Below are positions 10,318-19,637 of a stretch of DNA of 64,000 nucleotides, one piece after another. Both the position numbers and the translations under genes were made by a program. Origin of the DNA: Cyanobacteriota bacterium. GTDB lineage: Bacteria; Cyanobacteriota; Cyanobacteriia; PCC-6307; Cyanobiaceae. Below the pieces are notes generated by a model, which saw only the letters and a list, made by a program, of their open reading frames with translations, was not told the origin of the DNA and searched no databases. The stretch covers positions 279,187-343,186 of the forward strand of contig JBJOMY010000004.1 of NCBI GenBank assembly GCA_046052125.1, in the 5' to 3' direction. Numbering within the stretch: position 1 is the stretch's first letter; every line of letters begins with the position of its first letter.

Positions 10318-11322
10318 TCAGCTGCAGACCAATTGCAACTGGTGGCCATCGGGGTCGCGGATCTGTAGGGCCTGCCCAAAGCCCAGGGCCTTGGCTTGGG
10401 TTGCCTCAAGCGTCACGATGCCTGGGCTGACCAGGCTTCCGCCGTAGGTCTCCACTTCCTTAGCAATGCCCGCCAAATCGCTCACATTCAGTCGAATTTG
10501 CCAGTGGGCGAGGTCGGCGGCGTTTTGATCCGTGGCCATGGGCCGCCCGATGTTCGGGTGTTGGTAGTTGAGGCATTCGATGCCGGCGCCCTCGGGGCAG
10601 CGGTGCGAGGTGATGCGCACGCTGGTGTCGCTGAGGCCATCGAGCTGATCCTGTTCGATGCCACTGTTCACACCATCGCCCCCGAGCCTTAACCCCAGCA
10701 GTTCTTCGTAGAAGCGGCAGCTCCTTGGCGTATCGGCGTTGGCGATGGCGCTGTGGTCGATGCCCAGCACAGGCGTGCTCTGCTGCCGGTGCCAGCGAGG
10801 CTCGCCTTTATCGGCGGGGAACTGCAGTAGTTCCAGGCAATGCCCATCGGGATCGTGAAATTTGAACGCCACGATGCCCGCTGCCGCTGTGTTCCAGCTC
10901 GGCAACGTCTGCGGCGCAGAGGAGATGGTCTGCAGCTCGGCGTTGTTGATCAACCCACTGATCGGTGCTGCAGCTGCAGCCATGTCATTCACCACGATGC
11001 AGATGTGCTGAAACCACAGATCGCAGCTGCGCGAATCCGGCGGAATGGTGCGCCCGGGTGGGAACCCGGCGCCGAGGCGCTGCACCTCCGTGAGCTCCAG
11101 GGTCTCCTCCCCCAGCCGCAGGCGCACCAGCTTGAGTTGGCTCCCTGGCAGGCCGATCAGCTGGCCGTAACTCCCCCCATCCACCAGCAGGGTTTCAAGC
11201 CGCTGGCAGCCCAGGTGCTGCTCATAGAAGTTGGCGATGGCATCGCTATCGCTGCAGGTGAATCCGATGCTGCGGATGTGGGGGCTGTGCATGGTGTTCG
11301 TTGAGGCTTTGGTGCTGGACAA
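10318..11322 (-). CDS. VOC/glyoxalase family protein (tandem domains)
   Basis: 'FQHICIVV', 'FHDPDGHCLEL', 'IDHSAI', 'RDPDGHQLQL'. Confidence 0.85.
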   Translation of the reverse strand: MSSTKASTNTMHSPHIRSIGFTCSDSDAIANFYEQHLGCQRLETLLVDGGSYGQLIGLPGSQLKLVRLRLGEETLELTEVQRLGAGFPPGRTIPPDSRSCDLWFQHICIVVNDMAAAAAPISGLINNAELQTISSAPQTLPSWNTAAAGIVAFKFHDPDGHCLELLQFPADKGEPRWHRQQSTPVLGIDHSAIANADTPRSCRFYEELLGLRLGGDGVNSGIEQDQLDGLSDTSVRITSHRCPEGAGIECLNYQHPNIGRPMATDQNAADLAHWQIRLNVSDLAGIAKEVETYGGSLVSPGIVTLEATQAKALGFGQALQIRDPDGHQLQLVCS

Positions 11323-11325
11323 GGC

Positions 11326-11748
11326 CTAGAGGCTGGATAAGGCCGCCGCCGCTGCCGTGGCGATCGCCGCATCGAGGTCAGGTGTCATCCCTGAGACGCC
11401 AACAGCCCCGATACAACTGCCGTTCACCAGCAGAGGCAATCCGCCACCCATGGCCACGGCGCCTTCTTTAAACACACCCGCCAGTTGCAGCAGGGCTGGG
11501 CGTGAGCTGTTGATCGCGGCTTCTTGATCGGCGGTGGGCTTTCCGTTGAGCGCGGCCATGCGCGCTTTGGCCATGGCCACTGCTGCACTGGAGGGACTGG
11601 CGCCATCCAGCCGCACCAATAGCAAGGGGTGGCCTCCGCCATCACAGATGGCAAGGCTCACCGTGGCTTGATGTTGGGCCGCTATCGCCTCGGCCGCCGC
11701 GGCGATCCGGCGGCAATCGTCGAGCTCAAGGGCTTGAATCGATCGCAT
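11326..11748 (-). CDS. GlcG/HbpS-family heme-binding protein
   Basis: 'AICDGGGH', 'AMAKARMA', 'GGGLPL..GAVGVSG..D'. Confidence 0.85.
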   Translation of the reverse strand: MRSIQALELDDCRRIAAAAEAIAAQHQATVSLAICDGGGHPLLLVRLDGASPSSAAVAMAKARMAALNGKPTADQEAAINSSRPALLQLAGVFKEGAVAMGGGLPLLVNGSCIGAVGVSGMTPDLDAAIATAAAAALSSL

Positions 11749-11755
11749 CGTTCGC

Positions 11756-12013
11756 TCAGCGCCACACAATTTTCATGAGCCAGAGATGGCCTTCCAGTTC
11801 CACGCCGGCGGCTGCTGCCTCCAGGTCGCTCTCGCTGAGCCGCAGGGTGGCTTCGGCCTGGTGTTTCACGAGGTCGACCCCGCTGAATTGAAAGCCCAGT
11901 TCCGCCCCAAGGGCTGCAATGGCATTGAGGTTGGGGCAGGCGCTGAAACGCTGTAGCAGGGCTGGGTCGCCCTTCACCTGCTTGAGGAAGGTTTCGAGCT
12001 GGGGATTGGCCAT
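11756..12013 (-). CDS. Nif11-like leader peptide family protein (85 aa)
   Basis: 'QLETFLKQVKGDPALLQRF..ELGFQFS..LSESDLEAAAAG' followed by VELEGHLWLMKIVWR. Confidence 0.8.
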   Translation of the reverse strand: MANPQLETFLKQVKGDPALLQRFSACPNLNAIAALGAELGFQFSGVDLVKHQAEATLRLSESDLEAAAAGVELEGHLWLMKIVWR

Positions 12014-12066
12014 GGTTGTTGCGAGCGGGAGGAGCAGGTTGAGATTCAGTGCGGATTCGGGGGGCG

Positions 12067-12987
12067 TCAGTGCGGCCAGGTGGCGCCACGGGTGGCTGTG
12101 AACAGGCTGTACAGGGCTGTGGAGGCACACAGGAACAGGCGGCTGCCGTAGCGGTCGCCGAAGCACACGTTGGACACCCGCTTCGGCACCAGCACCTTGC
12201 CGATCAGGACCCCGTCGGGTGCGATCACATGCACCCCATCGGCAGCTCCGCACCAGAGGTTGCCGTGTTCATCCACACGGAAGCCATCGGCCCAGCCTGG
12301 GCTGATCTTGTGGAAGATCTCTCCGCCGCTGAGGCTGCGCCCATCGGCGTTCACCTGGAAGCGTCGGATGTACTGCCTCGGCTCTCTGGCACCGGGGGCC
12401 CCGGATTCGGCCACATACAGCAGTTGTTCATCCGGGGAGAAACCCAGTCCATTGGGGCCATCGAAGTCCGTGGCGACGGCCTGGGCCTGACCGCTCTCGG
12501 GATCGAACCTGTAGAGCGCAGGCGCTTGCTCCGAACTCTGCTGACCTCCCTCGTAGTCGTTCATCAGGCCGTAGAGAGGATCGCTGAACCAGATCGATCC
12601 ATCGCTCTTCACCACCACGTCGTTGGGGGCGTTCAGGCGACGGCCGTTCGCTTCAGACACCAGCGTGGTGGTGCTGCCGTTGTGCTCCAGGCGGGTAAGG
12701 CAGCGGCTGCGGTGGTGGCATTGGATCAGTCGACCCTCGCGATCGCGGGTTTGCCCGTTGGCGAACTCCGATGGCTCCTGAAAGGTGCTGACACCGTGCT
12801 GTTCACTCCAGCGCAGCGTGCGGTTGTTGGGGATGTCGTTGAACAGCAGGCAGCGGTGATCGCCGTACCACACGGGACCCTCCAGCCAGCGGAAGCCCTC
12901 CGCCAGCAGTTCGAGCTCGGCGTTGAACAGCACGAGCTGCTCGAAGCGCGGGTCGTAGCTCTCGGTGCAATCCGAGGGTTTGTTCAT
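12067..12987 (-). CDS. SMP-30/gluconolactonase family protein
   Basis: 'WLEGPVW', 'LNAPND', 'GPNGLGFSPD', 'ADGFRVD..GNLW'. Confidence 0.9.
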   Translation of the reverse strand: MNKPSDCTESYDPRFEQLVLFNAELELLAEGFRWLEGPVWYGDHRCLLFNDIPNNRTLRWSEQHGVSTFQEPSEFANGQTRDREGRLIQCHHRSRCLTRLEHNGSTTTLVSEANGRRLNAPNDVVVKSDGSIWFSDPLYGLMNDYEGGQQSSEQAPALYRFDPESGQAQAVATDFDGPNGLGFSPDEQLLYVAESGAPGAREPRQYIRRFQVNADGRSLSGGEIFHKISPGWADGFRVDEHGNLWCGAADGVHVIAPDGVLIGKVLVPKRVSNVCFGDRYGSRLFLCASTALYSLFTATRGATWPH

Positions 12988-13445
12988 TGGAAGAAGCCCG
13001 GAGGTGCGCAGCGCCAGGCGTCGTCGTTGCGCTGGATGATCAGTTGCACGCAGGGTTCATCGCCCACCTGGGCGGAGAGGTGCCCTTTGTGCCCCTCAGG
13101 GGAGGCGATGCAGCCCTGATCGCCACCGAAGGAATACTCACCGGCGCGCATGATGGCGATCTGGCCATCCATGCTCTGCACCGACCAGGCGCCCCGGAGC
13201 ACATAGATCCACTTTGGGATGTGGTTTTCGTGCCAATCAGCCGTCCACCCCACCGGCAGGTAGGTGACAAAGGCATTGCCCTGATCAAACAGTGGCCTCG
13301 AAAACTGGGGTGAATCGCCTGGCCCGAGCTGTCCGAGCTGAAACTGGCTGATCGTGCACTGCTGCTGGCGGCTGATGCCGTCTTCACCGGTCCAGAGGTG
13401 CCAGTAGGTCTCCGGGAGAGGAGCCAGGCTGAAGGGGTCGCTCAT
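12984..13445 (-). CDS. Cupin-domain protein
   Basis: 'LPVGWTADWHEN..WIYVLRG', 'KGHLS'. Confidence 0.75.
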   Translation of the reverse strand: MSDPFSLAPLPETYWHLWTGEDGISRQQQCTISQFQLGQLGPGDSPQFSRPLFDQGNAFVTYLPVGWTADWHENHIPKWIYVLRGAWSVQSMDGQIAIMRAGEYSFGGDQGCIASPEGHKGHLSAQVGDEPCVQLIIQRNDDAWRCAPPGFFQ

Positions 13446-13456
13446 CGCTGGTGTGT

Positions 13457-13861
13457 TCAGTCTTTGATGGCGATGGCTGAGATCTCCAGCTGGATGCCCA
13501 GCACCAGAGCCGACACCTCCACCACAGCGCGGGAGGGATAGGCCTGCGGATCAGGGAAATACTCCTGCCACACGGCGTCGAAGGTGTCGAGTTTGTCGAT
13601 GTCGGTGAGGTACACCGTGGCGCTCACCACGTGCTCGAAACCGAAACCGGCTTCCTCCAGCACCGCCTGCATGTTGCACATCACCTGACGCGATTCCAGG
13701 GTGATGTCGCCATCGCCCACCTTCAGGTTGGTGGCCGGGTCGACGGGGAGCTGTCCGGTGATGAACAGCATGTTTCCCCGCTGAAACCCCTGGCTGTAGG
13801 AGGCCACAGGCGTGGGAAAACGGTCGCTGTGAATGGCTCTGCGGATTACTGCTTCAGACAA
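13457..13861 (-). CDS. RidA/YjgF/Rid family protein
   Basis: 'YSQG', 'ITGQLP', 'PSRAVVEVSAL', 'LEISAIA'. Confidence 0.9.
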   Translation of the reverse strand: MSEAVIRRAIHSDRFPTPVASYSQGFQRGNMLFITGQLPVDPATNLKVGDGDITLESRQVMCNMQAVLEEAGFGFEHVVSATVYLTDIDKLDTFDAVWQEYFPDPQAYPSRAVVEVSALVLGIQLEISAIAIKD

Positions 13862-14027
13862 CGTCGTGCAGTCAAGAACGGTGACTTCACCGTAGGGATG
13901 GCGCTGGAATTGTCATCGCACTGTCATGGGCGTGACGGCTCATCCGTTTGGTGTTGCAGTGGCCGGCACGATCACGTACTTCGCCCTAGCGTCCCAGCAT
14001 TCAGCCCTTTGCGGCAGCTGCTTCGCC

Positions 14028-14834
14028 ATGACCACCACCAACCCCTACGCCCTCGAAACCCTCGCCAACTTCCTGAAAGGCAAGGTGATCATCGTGACCG
14101 GCGGCAACAGCGGGATCGGTAAATCGATCGTGGAGGAGGTGGCCCGTCTCGGTGCCCGGGTGGTGATCGACTACCGCTCCCACCCGGAGGCTACCGCCGC
14201 CATCGAGCAGGAAATCGGCGAGCTCGGTGGCACTTGCGTGGGTGTGCAGGCGGATGTCTCCAATCTCGACGATCTGCAACGGCTGGTGCAGGAGGCGGTG
14301 AACCGCTACGGCCGGCTCGACGTGATTGTGAACAACGCCGGCATCGAAACCCGCACCTCCATCCTCGACACCACGCCCGAGGATTTCGACAAGGTGCTGA
14401 ATGTGAACCTGCGCGGTGTGTTCTTCGCCACCCAGTACGCCGCCAAGCAAATGATTGCCCAGGGCACCGGCGGGCGAATCATCAATATCTCGTCCGTGCA
14501 CGAAGACTGGCCCATGCCCAACAACACGCCTTACTGCGTGGCCAAGGGCGGCGTGCGCATGCTCACCCGCACCGCGGGTGTGGAACTGGCGTCGAAGGGC
14601 GTGTCGATCGTGAACGTGGGCCCCGGTGCCGTGGCCACGCCGATCAACGACTCCACGATGAACAACCCCGAGCTGCTGGCCAAGCTGAACTCGGCGATTC
14701 CGATGGGGCGCATGGCTCAGCCGGAAGAGATCGCCAAGGTGGTGGCCTTCCTGGCCAGCGATGCCGCCAGCTACATCACGGCCACCAGCATCTTTGCCGA
14801 CGGCGGCATCATGCAGAGCAGCCCTGGTCTGTGA
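14028..14834 (+). CDS. SDR oxidoreductase, glucose 1-dehydrogenase-like
   Basis: 'TGGNSGIG', 'NNAGIE', 'SSVHE', 'YCVAKGG', 'GPGAVATPIN'. Confidence 0.85.
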   Translation: MTTTNPYALETLANFLKGKVIIVTGGNSGIGKSIVEEVARLGARVVIDYRSHPEATAAIEQEIGELGGTCVGVQADVSNLDDLQRLVQEAVNRYGRLDVIVNNAGIETRTSILDTTPEDFDKVLNVNLRGVFFATQYAAKQMIAQGTGGRIINISSVHEDWPMPNNTPYCVAKGGVRMLTRTAGVELASKGVSIVNVGPGAVATPINDSTMNNPELLAKLNSAIPMGRMAQPEEIAKVVAFLASDAASYITATSIFADGGIMQSSPGL

Positions 14835-15544
14835 GGCTGACCCGCGAACAACTCAGGCAGATCCGTGGCCGCCATCTCGGCTATCGGATCTGCCTTGTCT
14901 ATGAGCTCACGATGGTGTTGTTGCTGCCGGTTGCGCAGCGGTTCCCATGGTTGCTCTCGCTGCTGTTGATCCTGGAGGCCGCGGTCTTCATGATCTTCGT
15001 GACTCGCTTCAGTTCCCTTAAAGCCACACGCCCGCTGATGTTGACCCTCGGTTCCATGGCGATCGCCATGGAGCTGATCTGGCATGCGGCGATGGCGTTC
15101 AATCCTGTCTTGGCACGGCACCTCACGATGCCCCACGTGGTGGTGTGGGTGATGTTCCTCGTGCTCACGGTGCTTCGGAAGGTGAAGTCGTTGATTCGTG
15201 AGCCTTACGTCACCACGTCGGTGGTGCTTGGCGCGGCTGCGGGCTACCTCACGGTGGGCATCGCTGGGGGTGTGATGCTCACGGCCCTATGGGTGCTTCA
15301 GCCCTCGGCATTCGTGGCTTCGGCGCTGCCACCCGTCAGCTCTGCAGGCGCGATCCCCGTCTTCGCTGGCCCTTCGCTGATGGCCGCCTCCTTTGGCTTG
15401 CTCACCACCGTAGGCACGTCTGTGCTCACCCCAAGCAATATCAACGCTCAGGTGATCGCCAACGTGATCACCATCTCGGGTCAGCTATACGTGGCCATCT
15501 TGATCGCGCTGATTCTTGGGCGCGCTCAGAAACGGCTGTCATGA
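14831..15544 (+). CDS. Ion-channel-like membrane protein (K+ channel fold, degenerate filter)
   Basis: GTG start overlapping the SDR stop; ~6 TM; 'SFGLLTTVGTS', 'GQLYVAILIA'. Confidence 0.65.
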   Translation: MRLTREQLRQIRGRHLGYRICLVYELTMVLLLPVAQRFPWLLSLLLILEAAVFMIFVTRFSSLKATRPLMLTLGSMAIAMELIWHAAMAFNPVLARHLTMPHVVVWVMFLVLTVLRKVKSLIREPYVTTSVVLGAAAGYLTVGIAGGVMLTALWVLQPSAFVASALPPVSSAGAIPVFAGPSLMAASFGLLTTVGTSVLTPSNINAQVIANVITISGQLYVAILIALILGRAQKRLS

Positions 15545-16854
15545 CGTCACTGAAGGATCTGATCCAGCGGCTGGTGCAGCTGGCGGTGCTGGGTTTGTTT
15601 GTGGGGCTGTTGTGCTGGCCCTTCAACCTGGTGGATCGCTGGGGTGATCAGCTGCTCAGTCTGTTGCCGGCCTTCAGTGGTTCGGCTTGGCGGCCTCTCA
15701 CCCTGCTCTTGGCCTGTTCACCACTGGTGGTGTTTCCGCTGCTGATGGTGTTGAAGGGCGGTGCGTTCCGCCGCGGCAAAGGGTCGGGCATCCCCCAGAC
15801 GATGACCAGCATTGAGGAGCCGGAGCAGGCGGCTGCGCTGTTGGGCCTGTTGCCCACCCTGCAGCGGCTGGTGTTGTGGAGCCTGGCCAGCCTCAGCCTG
15901 ATGCCGATGGGCCGGGAAGGTCCGGTGGTTCAGATCGGTGCGTCGGCCGCCTTCTGGTTGCGGCGTCGCTTTCCGCGTTGGCTGGGTGATCTGCGCCACA
16001 GCGATCTCATGGCAGTGGCCGGGGGCGCTGGTCTTGCCGGTGGGTTCAACACACCCCTGATGGGTGTGGTGTTTGTGGCCGAGGAGTTTCTGGGCACCTT
16101 TTCAATGCGCCTGATCTGGCCGGCTTTGGTGATCAGCGCCATGGCGGCGGCCGTGAGCAGTGCCGTCGGCGAACCGGAGTTTGCGCTGGGCATGGTGGGC
16201 GTTGCTCCTGCGGAGCTGATCCAGTTGGCCTGGGCGATCCCCATCGGCGTATTGGCCGGTGGGCTCGGAGCTGTTTTTGCGCGCATGTTGCTGGCCGCAA
16301 CGCGCCTGTTCGGGGGGGTGGTGCAGCGTCAGCCACTGCGGCTGGGCCTGCTGCTGGGGGGCGCACTCAGCTTGTTCCTGCTACTGAGCGGCGGTGCCTC
16401 CGGCTGCGATGGCGAGCTGCTGATGCGGCACATGATCGAAGGCGGATCGCCCACCAATCAGCTGCTGCCGGGGGTGGCGGGTGACCTGTTCACCTTGCTG
16501 CTCCGGGTGATCGGCCCGGTGCTCGCCCTTGGCGCAGGTATCCCGGGCGGATTGATTGATCCCTCGTTTGCCTTCGGCGCCGTGCTCGGTCAGAGCTTGG
16601 GCGATGCCGGCATGGTGCCCCAGATGGGGCTGGCCTTCGGGATGGTGGCTGGCCTGGCTGGCGCCACCCAGTTACCGGTGATGGCGGTGCTGTTTGCCGT
16701 TCGCATGGCCGGCGACCAACAGCTCCTGCCTGGGTTGCTGTTGGCCTCCGTGTTGGGGGCCTATGTGAGCCGTTTGCTGGTGGATCAGCCCGTGTATCAC
16801 GCCCTCAAGGGCATCGCCGATGAGGCGACGCCCCCCGCGCCAAGCGGCTCATGA
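15541..16854 (+). CDS. ClC/EriC chloride channel or Cl-/H+ antiporter
   Basis: 'GSGIP', 'GREGP', 'FNTPL..VAEE', 'GGLIDP', C-terminal 'YHAL'. Confidence 0.9.
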   Translation: MTSLKDLIQRLVQLAVLGLFVGLLCWPFNLVDRWGDQLLSLLPAFSGSAWRPLTLLLACSPLVVFPLLMVLKGGAFRRGKGSGIPQTMTSIEEPEQAAALLGLLPTLQRLVLWSLASLSLMPMGREGPVVQIGASAAFWLRRRFPRWLGDLRHSDLMAVAGGAGLAGGFNTPLMGVVFVAEEFLGTFSMRLIWPALVISAMAAAVSSAVGEPEFALGMVGVAPAELIQLAWAIPIGVLAGGLGAVFARMLLAATRLFGGVVQRQPLRLGLLLGGALSLFLLLSGGASGCDGELLMRHMIEGGSPTNQLLPGVAGDLFTLLLRVIGPVLALGAGIPGGLIDPSFAFGAVLGQSLGDAGMVPQMGLAFGMVAGLAGATQLPVMAVLFAVRMAGDQQLLPGLLLASVLGAYVSRLLVDQPVYHALKGIADEATPPAPSGS

Positions 16855-18171
16855 AGGCGCTTCAGTGATCACCAGTGCCGACCGCTCGCGGGTGAAGATC
16901 ACCCAGAGCCATTTGGTGAGCACGGTGAGGCGGTTTTCGGCGTCAGGCATGAAGGCCAGGTGAGCCAGGCCCCAGAGCAACCAGCCGAAGGGGCCGGTGA
17001 ACTTCAAGCCGCGCAGGTCAGCCACGGCGAAGAGAGGCCCCACCACCGCCATCGTGCCGAAATCAGTGAAGGCAAAGGGCTGGTGGCTCTGGTTCTGCGT
17101 TTTGGCCAGAATGTCTTTGGCCACCCACACCCCCATCTGCACAGCTGGGCCCGCCATGCCGGGTAGGGGTTTGCCGTCTTTGGTGTGGCTGTAGCTGCAG
17201 AGATCACCCACCACGCGGATTTCCGGGTGGCCGGGGATCGAGAAATCGGCTTCCACCGGAATGCGGCCGCCGCGATCAATCGCGCATCCGGTGTGATCAG
17301 CCAGCAGCTTGCCCAGGGGTGAAGCGGCCACACCGGCTGTCCAGCAGATCGTTTTGGCCTCCAAGGTCACCTCGGACTCTTGGGTGGTGAGCACCAGCTT
17401 TCCGGCTTCGATCGATTTCACGCGCCCGCCCAGCAACAGCTCCACACCGCTCCGCCTGAGGTGGTCGCCAGCCGCTTTGGAGAGCTCAGGATCCATGGCG
17501 CGCAGCACCCGATCACCCGGATCCACCAGGGTGACCTTGCACAGGTTGGGATCGATCTGTTTGAAATCGCGCTCCAGGGTGTGGCGCATCAGGTCGTTGA
17601 GGGAGGCCGCCAGCTCACAGCCGGTGGGGCCACCTCCCACTACAACCACCGATTGCAAGAGGCGCCGCTGTTCTGGATCGGGCGTTTGCTCGGCTTCTTC
17701 GAGGGCGCCGAGCACACGCTTGCGAATGCCGTAGGCATCCTCCAACGTCTTCATCGGGGTCGCGAACTCAGCCCATTCGTCGTGCCCGAAGAAGGTGCTC
17801 GCTGCACCAGCGGCAACGATCAGGTGGTCGTAGCGCAGGCGCCGTTCGTTGAACACCACCTCCTTGGCGGTGGGATCAATCTCCTCCACTTCCCCCAGCA
17901 GGATCTGGATGTTCGGTGCTTTGCCGAGCATGATCCGTAGCGGCGAGGCCACATCGGTCTGCGACACCAGCCCCGAAGCCACCTGATACAGCATCGGCTG
18001 GAACAGGTTGAAATTGCGCTTGTCAATCAGCGTCACCCGTACGGTCTTGCCGGCGAGGGTCTGGGCTGCTTTGAGCCCTGCAAATCCAGCGCCCACGATC
18101 ACCACGTGGGGGGCATCCCGTAGCAATTCAGAGGGTGGGGTGAGTTCGAGGAAGAACCGCTCCGGAGCCAT
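16849..18171 (-). CDS. Type-II NADH dehydrogenase (NDH-2)
   Basis: 'VGAGFAG', 'FQPMLYQVA', 'VGGGPTGCELA', 'WTAGV', 'GWLLW..HL'. Confidence 0.9.
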   Translation of the reverse strand: MAPERFFLELTPPSELLRDAPHVVIVGAGFAGLKAAQTLAGKTVRVTLIDKRNFNLFQPMLYQVASGLVSQTDVASPLRIMLGKAPNIQILLGEVEEIDPTAKEVVFNERRLRYDHLIVAAGAASTFFGHDEWAEFATPMKTLEDAYGIRKRVLGALEEAEQTPDPEQRRLLQSVVVVGGGPTGCELAASLNDLMRHTLERDFKQIDPNLCKVTLVDPGDRVLRAMDPELSKAAGDHLRRSGVELLLGGRVKSIEAGKLVLTTQESEVTLEAKTICWTAGVAASPLGKLLADHTGCAIDRGGRIPVEADFSIPGHPEIRVVGDLCSYSHTKDGKPLPGMAGPAVQMGVWVAKDILAKTQNQSHQPFAFTDFGTMAVVGPLFAVADLRGLKFTGPFGWLLWGLAHLAFMPDAENRLTVLTKWLWVIFTRERSALVITEAPS

Positions 18172-18216
18172 CAGTGCCAACTGCGTTGGCTTCAAGCTAA
18201 CGAGACCTGTTCTGAA

Positions 18217-18594
18217 TCACAGGCCGATCTTTACGTTCACCGGTGCTTTGGGCTGAACGTCGACTTCCATCGGTTTCTCTTCATCGACTTTGACCGTGAT
18301 CGGATCGGGATTGCTCACCTGTACCTGAACCGGTGTGGTGTTTTTCACGCTTAGGTCGATCGGGGCATGCTCGGTGACCTGAACTCCCAGATCCCTGGTG
18401 GGTTCAATGTTCACGCCTTTCGGCATGCTCAACACTCCCTGGACCTGCCCCGACAGCTTGAGGGGCTCAGCAAAGCTATGAACCAATCGCAGTTGGATCG
18501 GATGCTGGCTGGTCCGCACCACCAAGCCGATCACCATGGAGCCGAGGGCTAACACGGTGATCGGCCAGCGCAGCTTCAGCCAGTGGGGTTCCAT
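18217..18594 (-). CDS. Hypothetical membrane-anchored protein with ~10-aa repeats
   Basis: N-terminal TM, then repeated PxxVxV units. Confidence 0.6.
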   Translation of the reverse strand: MEPHWLKLRWPITVLALGSMVIGLVVRTSQHPIQLRLVHSFAEPLKLSGQVQGVLSMPKGVNIEPTRDLGVQVTEHAPIDLSVKNTTPVQVQVSNPDPITVKVDEEKPMEVDVQPKAPVNVKIGL

Positions 18595-18649
18595 GGGGAC
18601 CGCGTATCAGTGCCCCATTCAAGCGAGTGCTGGTCGCCGTTGATCTGGA

Positions 18650-18769
18650 TCAGCGACGACCCAACAGTTCTTCCCAGCTGGGTTGATGGGGGTGCGGCCG
18701 TTGTTGTTGCGGTTGGGGACGGGGGGTGGATGTGTGAGCTGGTCTGTGCGGAGGTGTGTTGATCGTCAT
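18650..18769 (-). CDS. Small protein (39 aa) MTINTPPH..PSWEELLGRR
   Basis: ATG-TGA ORF read by hand in an intergenic gap; CA-rich leader. Confidence 0.45.
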   Translation of the reverse strand: MTINTPPHRPAHTSTPRPQPQQQRPHPHQPSWEELLGRR

Positions 18770-18955
18770 GGTTTGTGTCGTGTTGCTTTATCTATCGCCG
18801 TGCCTCGATGACAACCGAAATGACGGCTGCCTTTTGAACTGCGGTTCGATCTTCGATCGTTTTGCTTGGATCGATCGTTGAGCGGTGCGGCGCGTTGGTG
18901 CTCGCCGGCCTGCTCAAGACATCACCATAGACCCTGTTCGCCGCTTGAACCACCG

Positions 18956-19633
18956 GTGGTTGCGCAACCCGTGTTGATCCTGGGGGGATTTCTGATCACT
19001 GATGAGGCCTATCAGCCGATGTGCAGCTGGCTGCGGCAGCACACGCAGCAGCCCGTTGAGCTGGTGCCGGCCAGCCGCTTCGATTGGCTCCTCACCTCCT
19101 GGGCCTTCGGTTGGCGGCGCTTGCTGGATCGGGTGGCCGCCCGCGCTGAGGCGTTGGCTGCCCATTCCGCCACCGGCCGGGTCACCCTGATCGGCCACAG
19201 CTCCGGTGGTGTGATGTTGCGGTTGTTCCTGGCGGACGATCTGTTTGCCGGGCGCCGCTACAACGGCAGGCAGTGGGCGAATCGTCTCTACAGCCTGGGT
19301 AGCCCCCACACGGCTGTGCGGGCCACGCCGCTGAGGCAACTGGTGGATCGCCGTTATCCCGGTGCCACCTTCGCCGACACGGTCGACTACGTCTCCGTGG
19401 CAGGAGCGTTAAACCCTGGGGATGGCTCCGCCCTCAGTGAGCGGATGGCGCCCCGCTCTTATCAGGCGATTGCTGGGCGCAGCGACCTCGATGGCGATGG
19501 TCTGGTGCCGGTGCAGTCGGCGTTGCTGCGGGGATCCGAGGCGATCACGCTGCCGGGCGTGGCCCACGGCGGTGCGTTCGGTGATCGCTGGTATGGCACG
19601 CCCGAGGTGGTGCAGCAGTGGCGGCGCGGCTGA
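18956..19633 (+). CDS. Alpha/beta hydrolase (esterase/lipase)
   Basis: 'GHSSGG' nucleophile elbow, 'LGSPH', 'GDGLVP'. Confidence 0.8.
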   Translation: MVAQPVLILGGFLITDEAYQPMCSWLRQHTQQPVELVPASRFDWLLTSWAFGWRRLLDRVAARAEALAAHSATGRVTLIGHSSGGVMLRLFLADDLFAGRRYNGRQWANRLYSLGSPHTAVRATPLRQLVDRRYPGATFADTVDYVSVAGALNPGDGSALSERMAPRSYQAIAGRSDLDGDGLVPVQSALLRGSEAITLPGVAHGGAFGDRWYGTPEVVQQWRRG

Positions 19634-19637
19634 CCCC

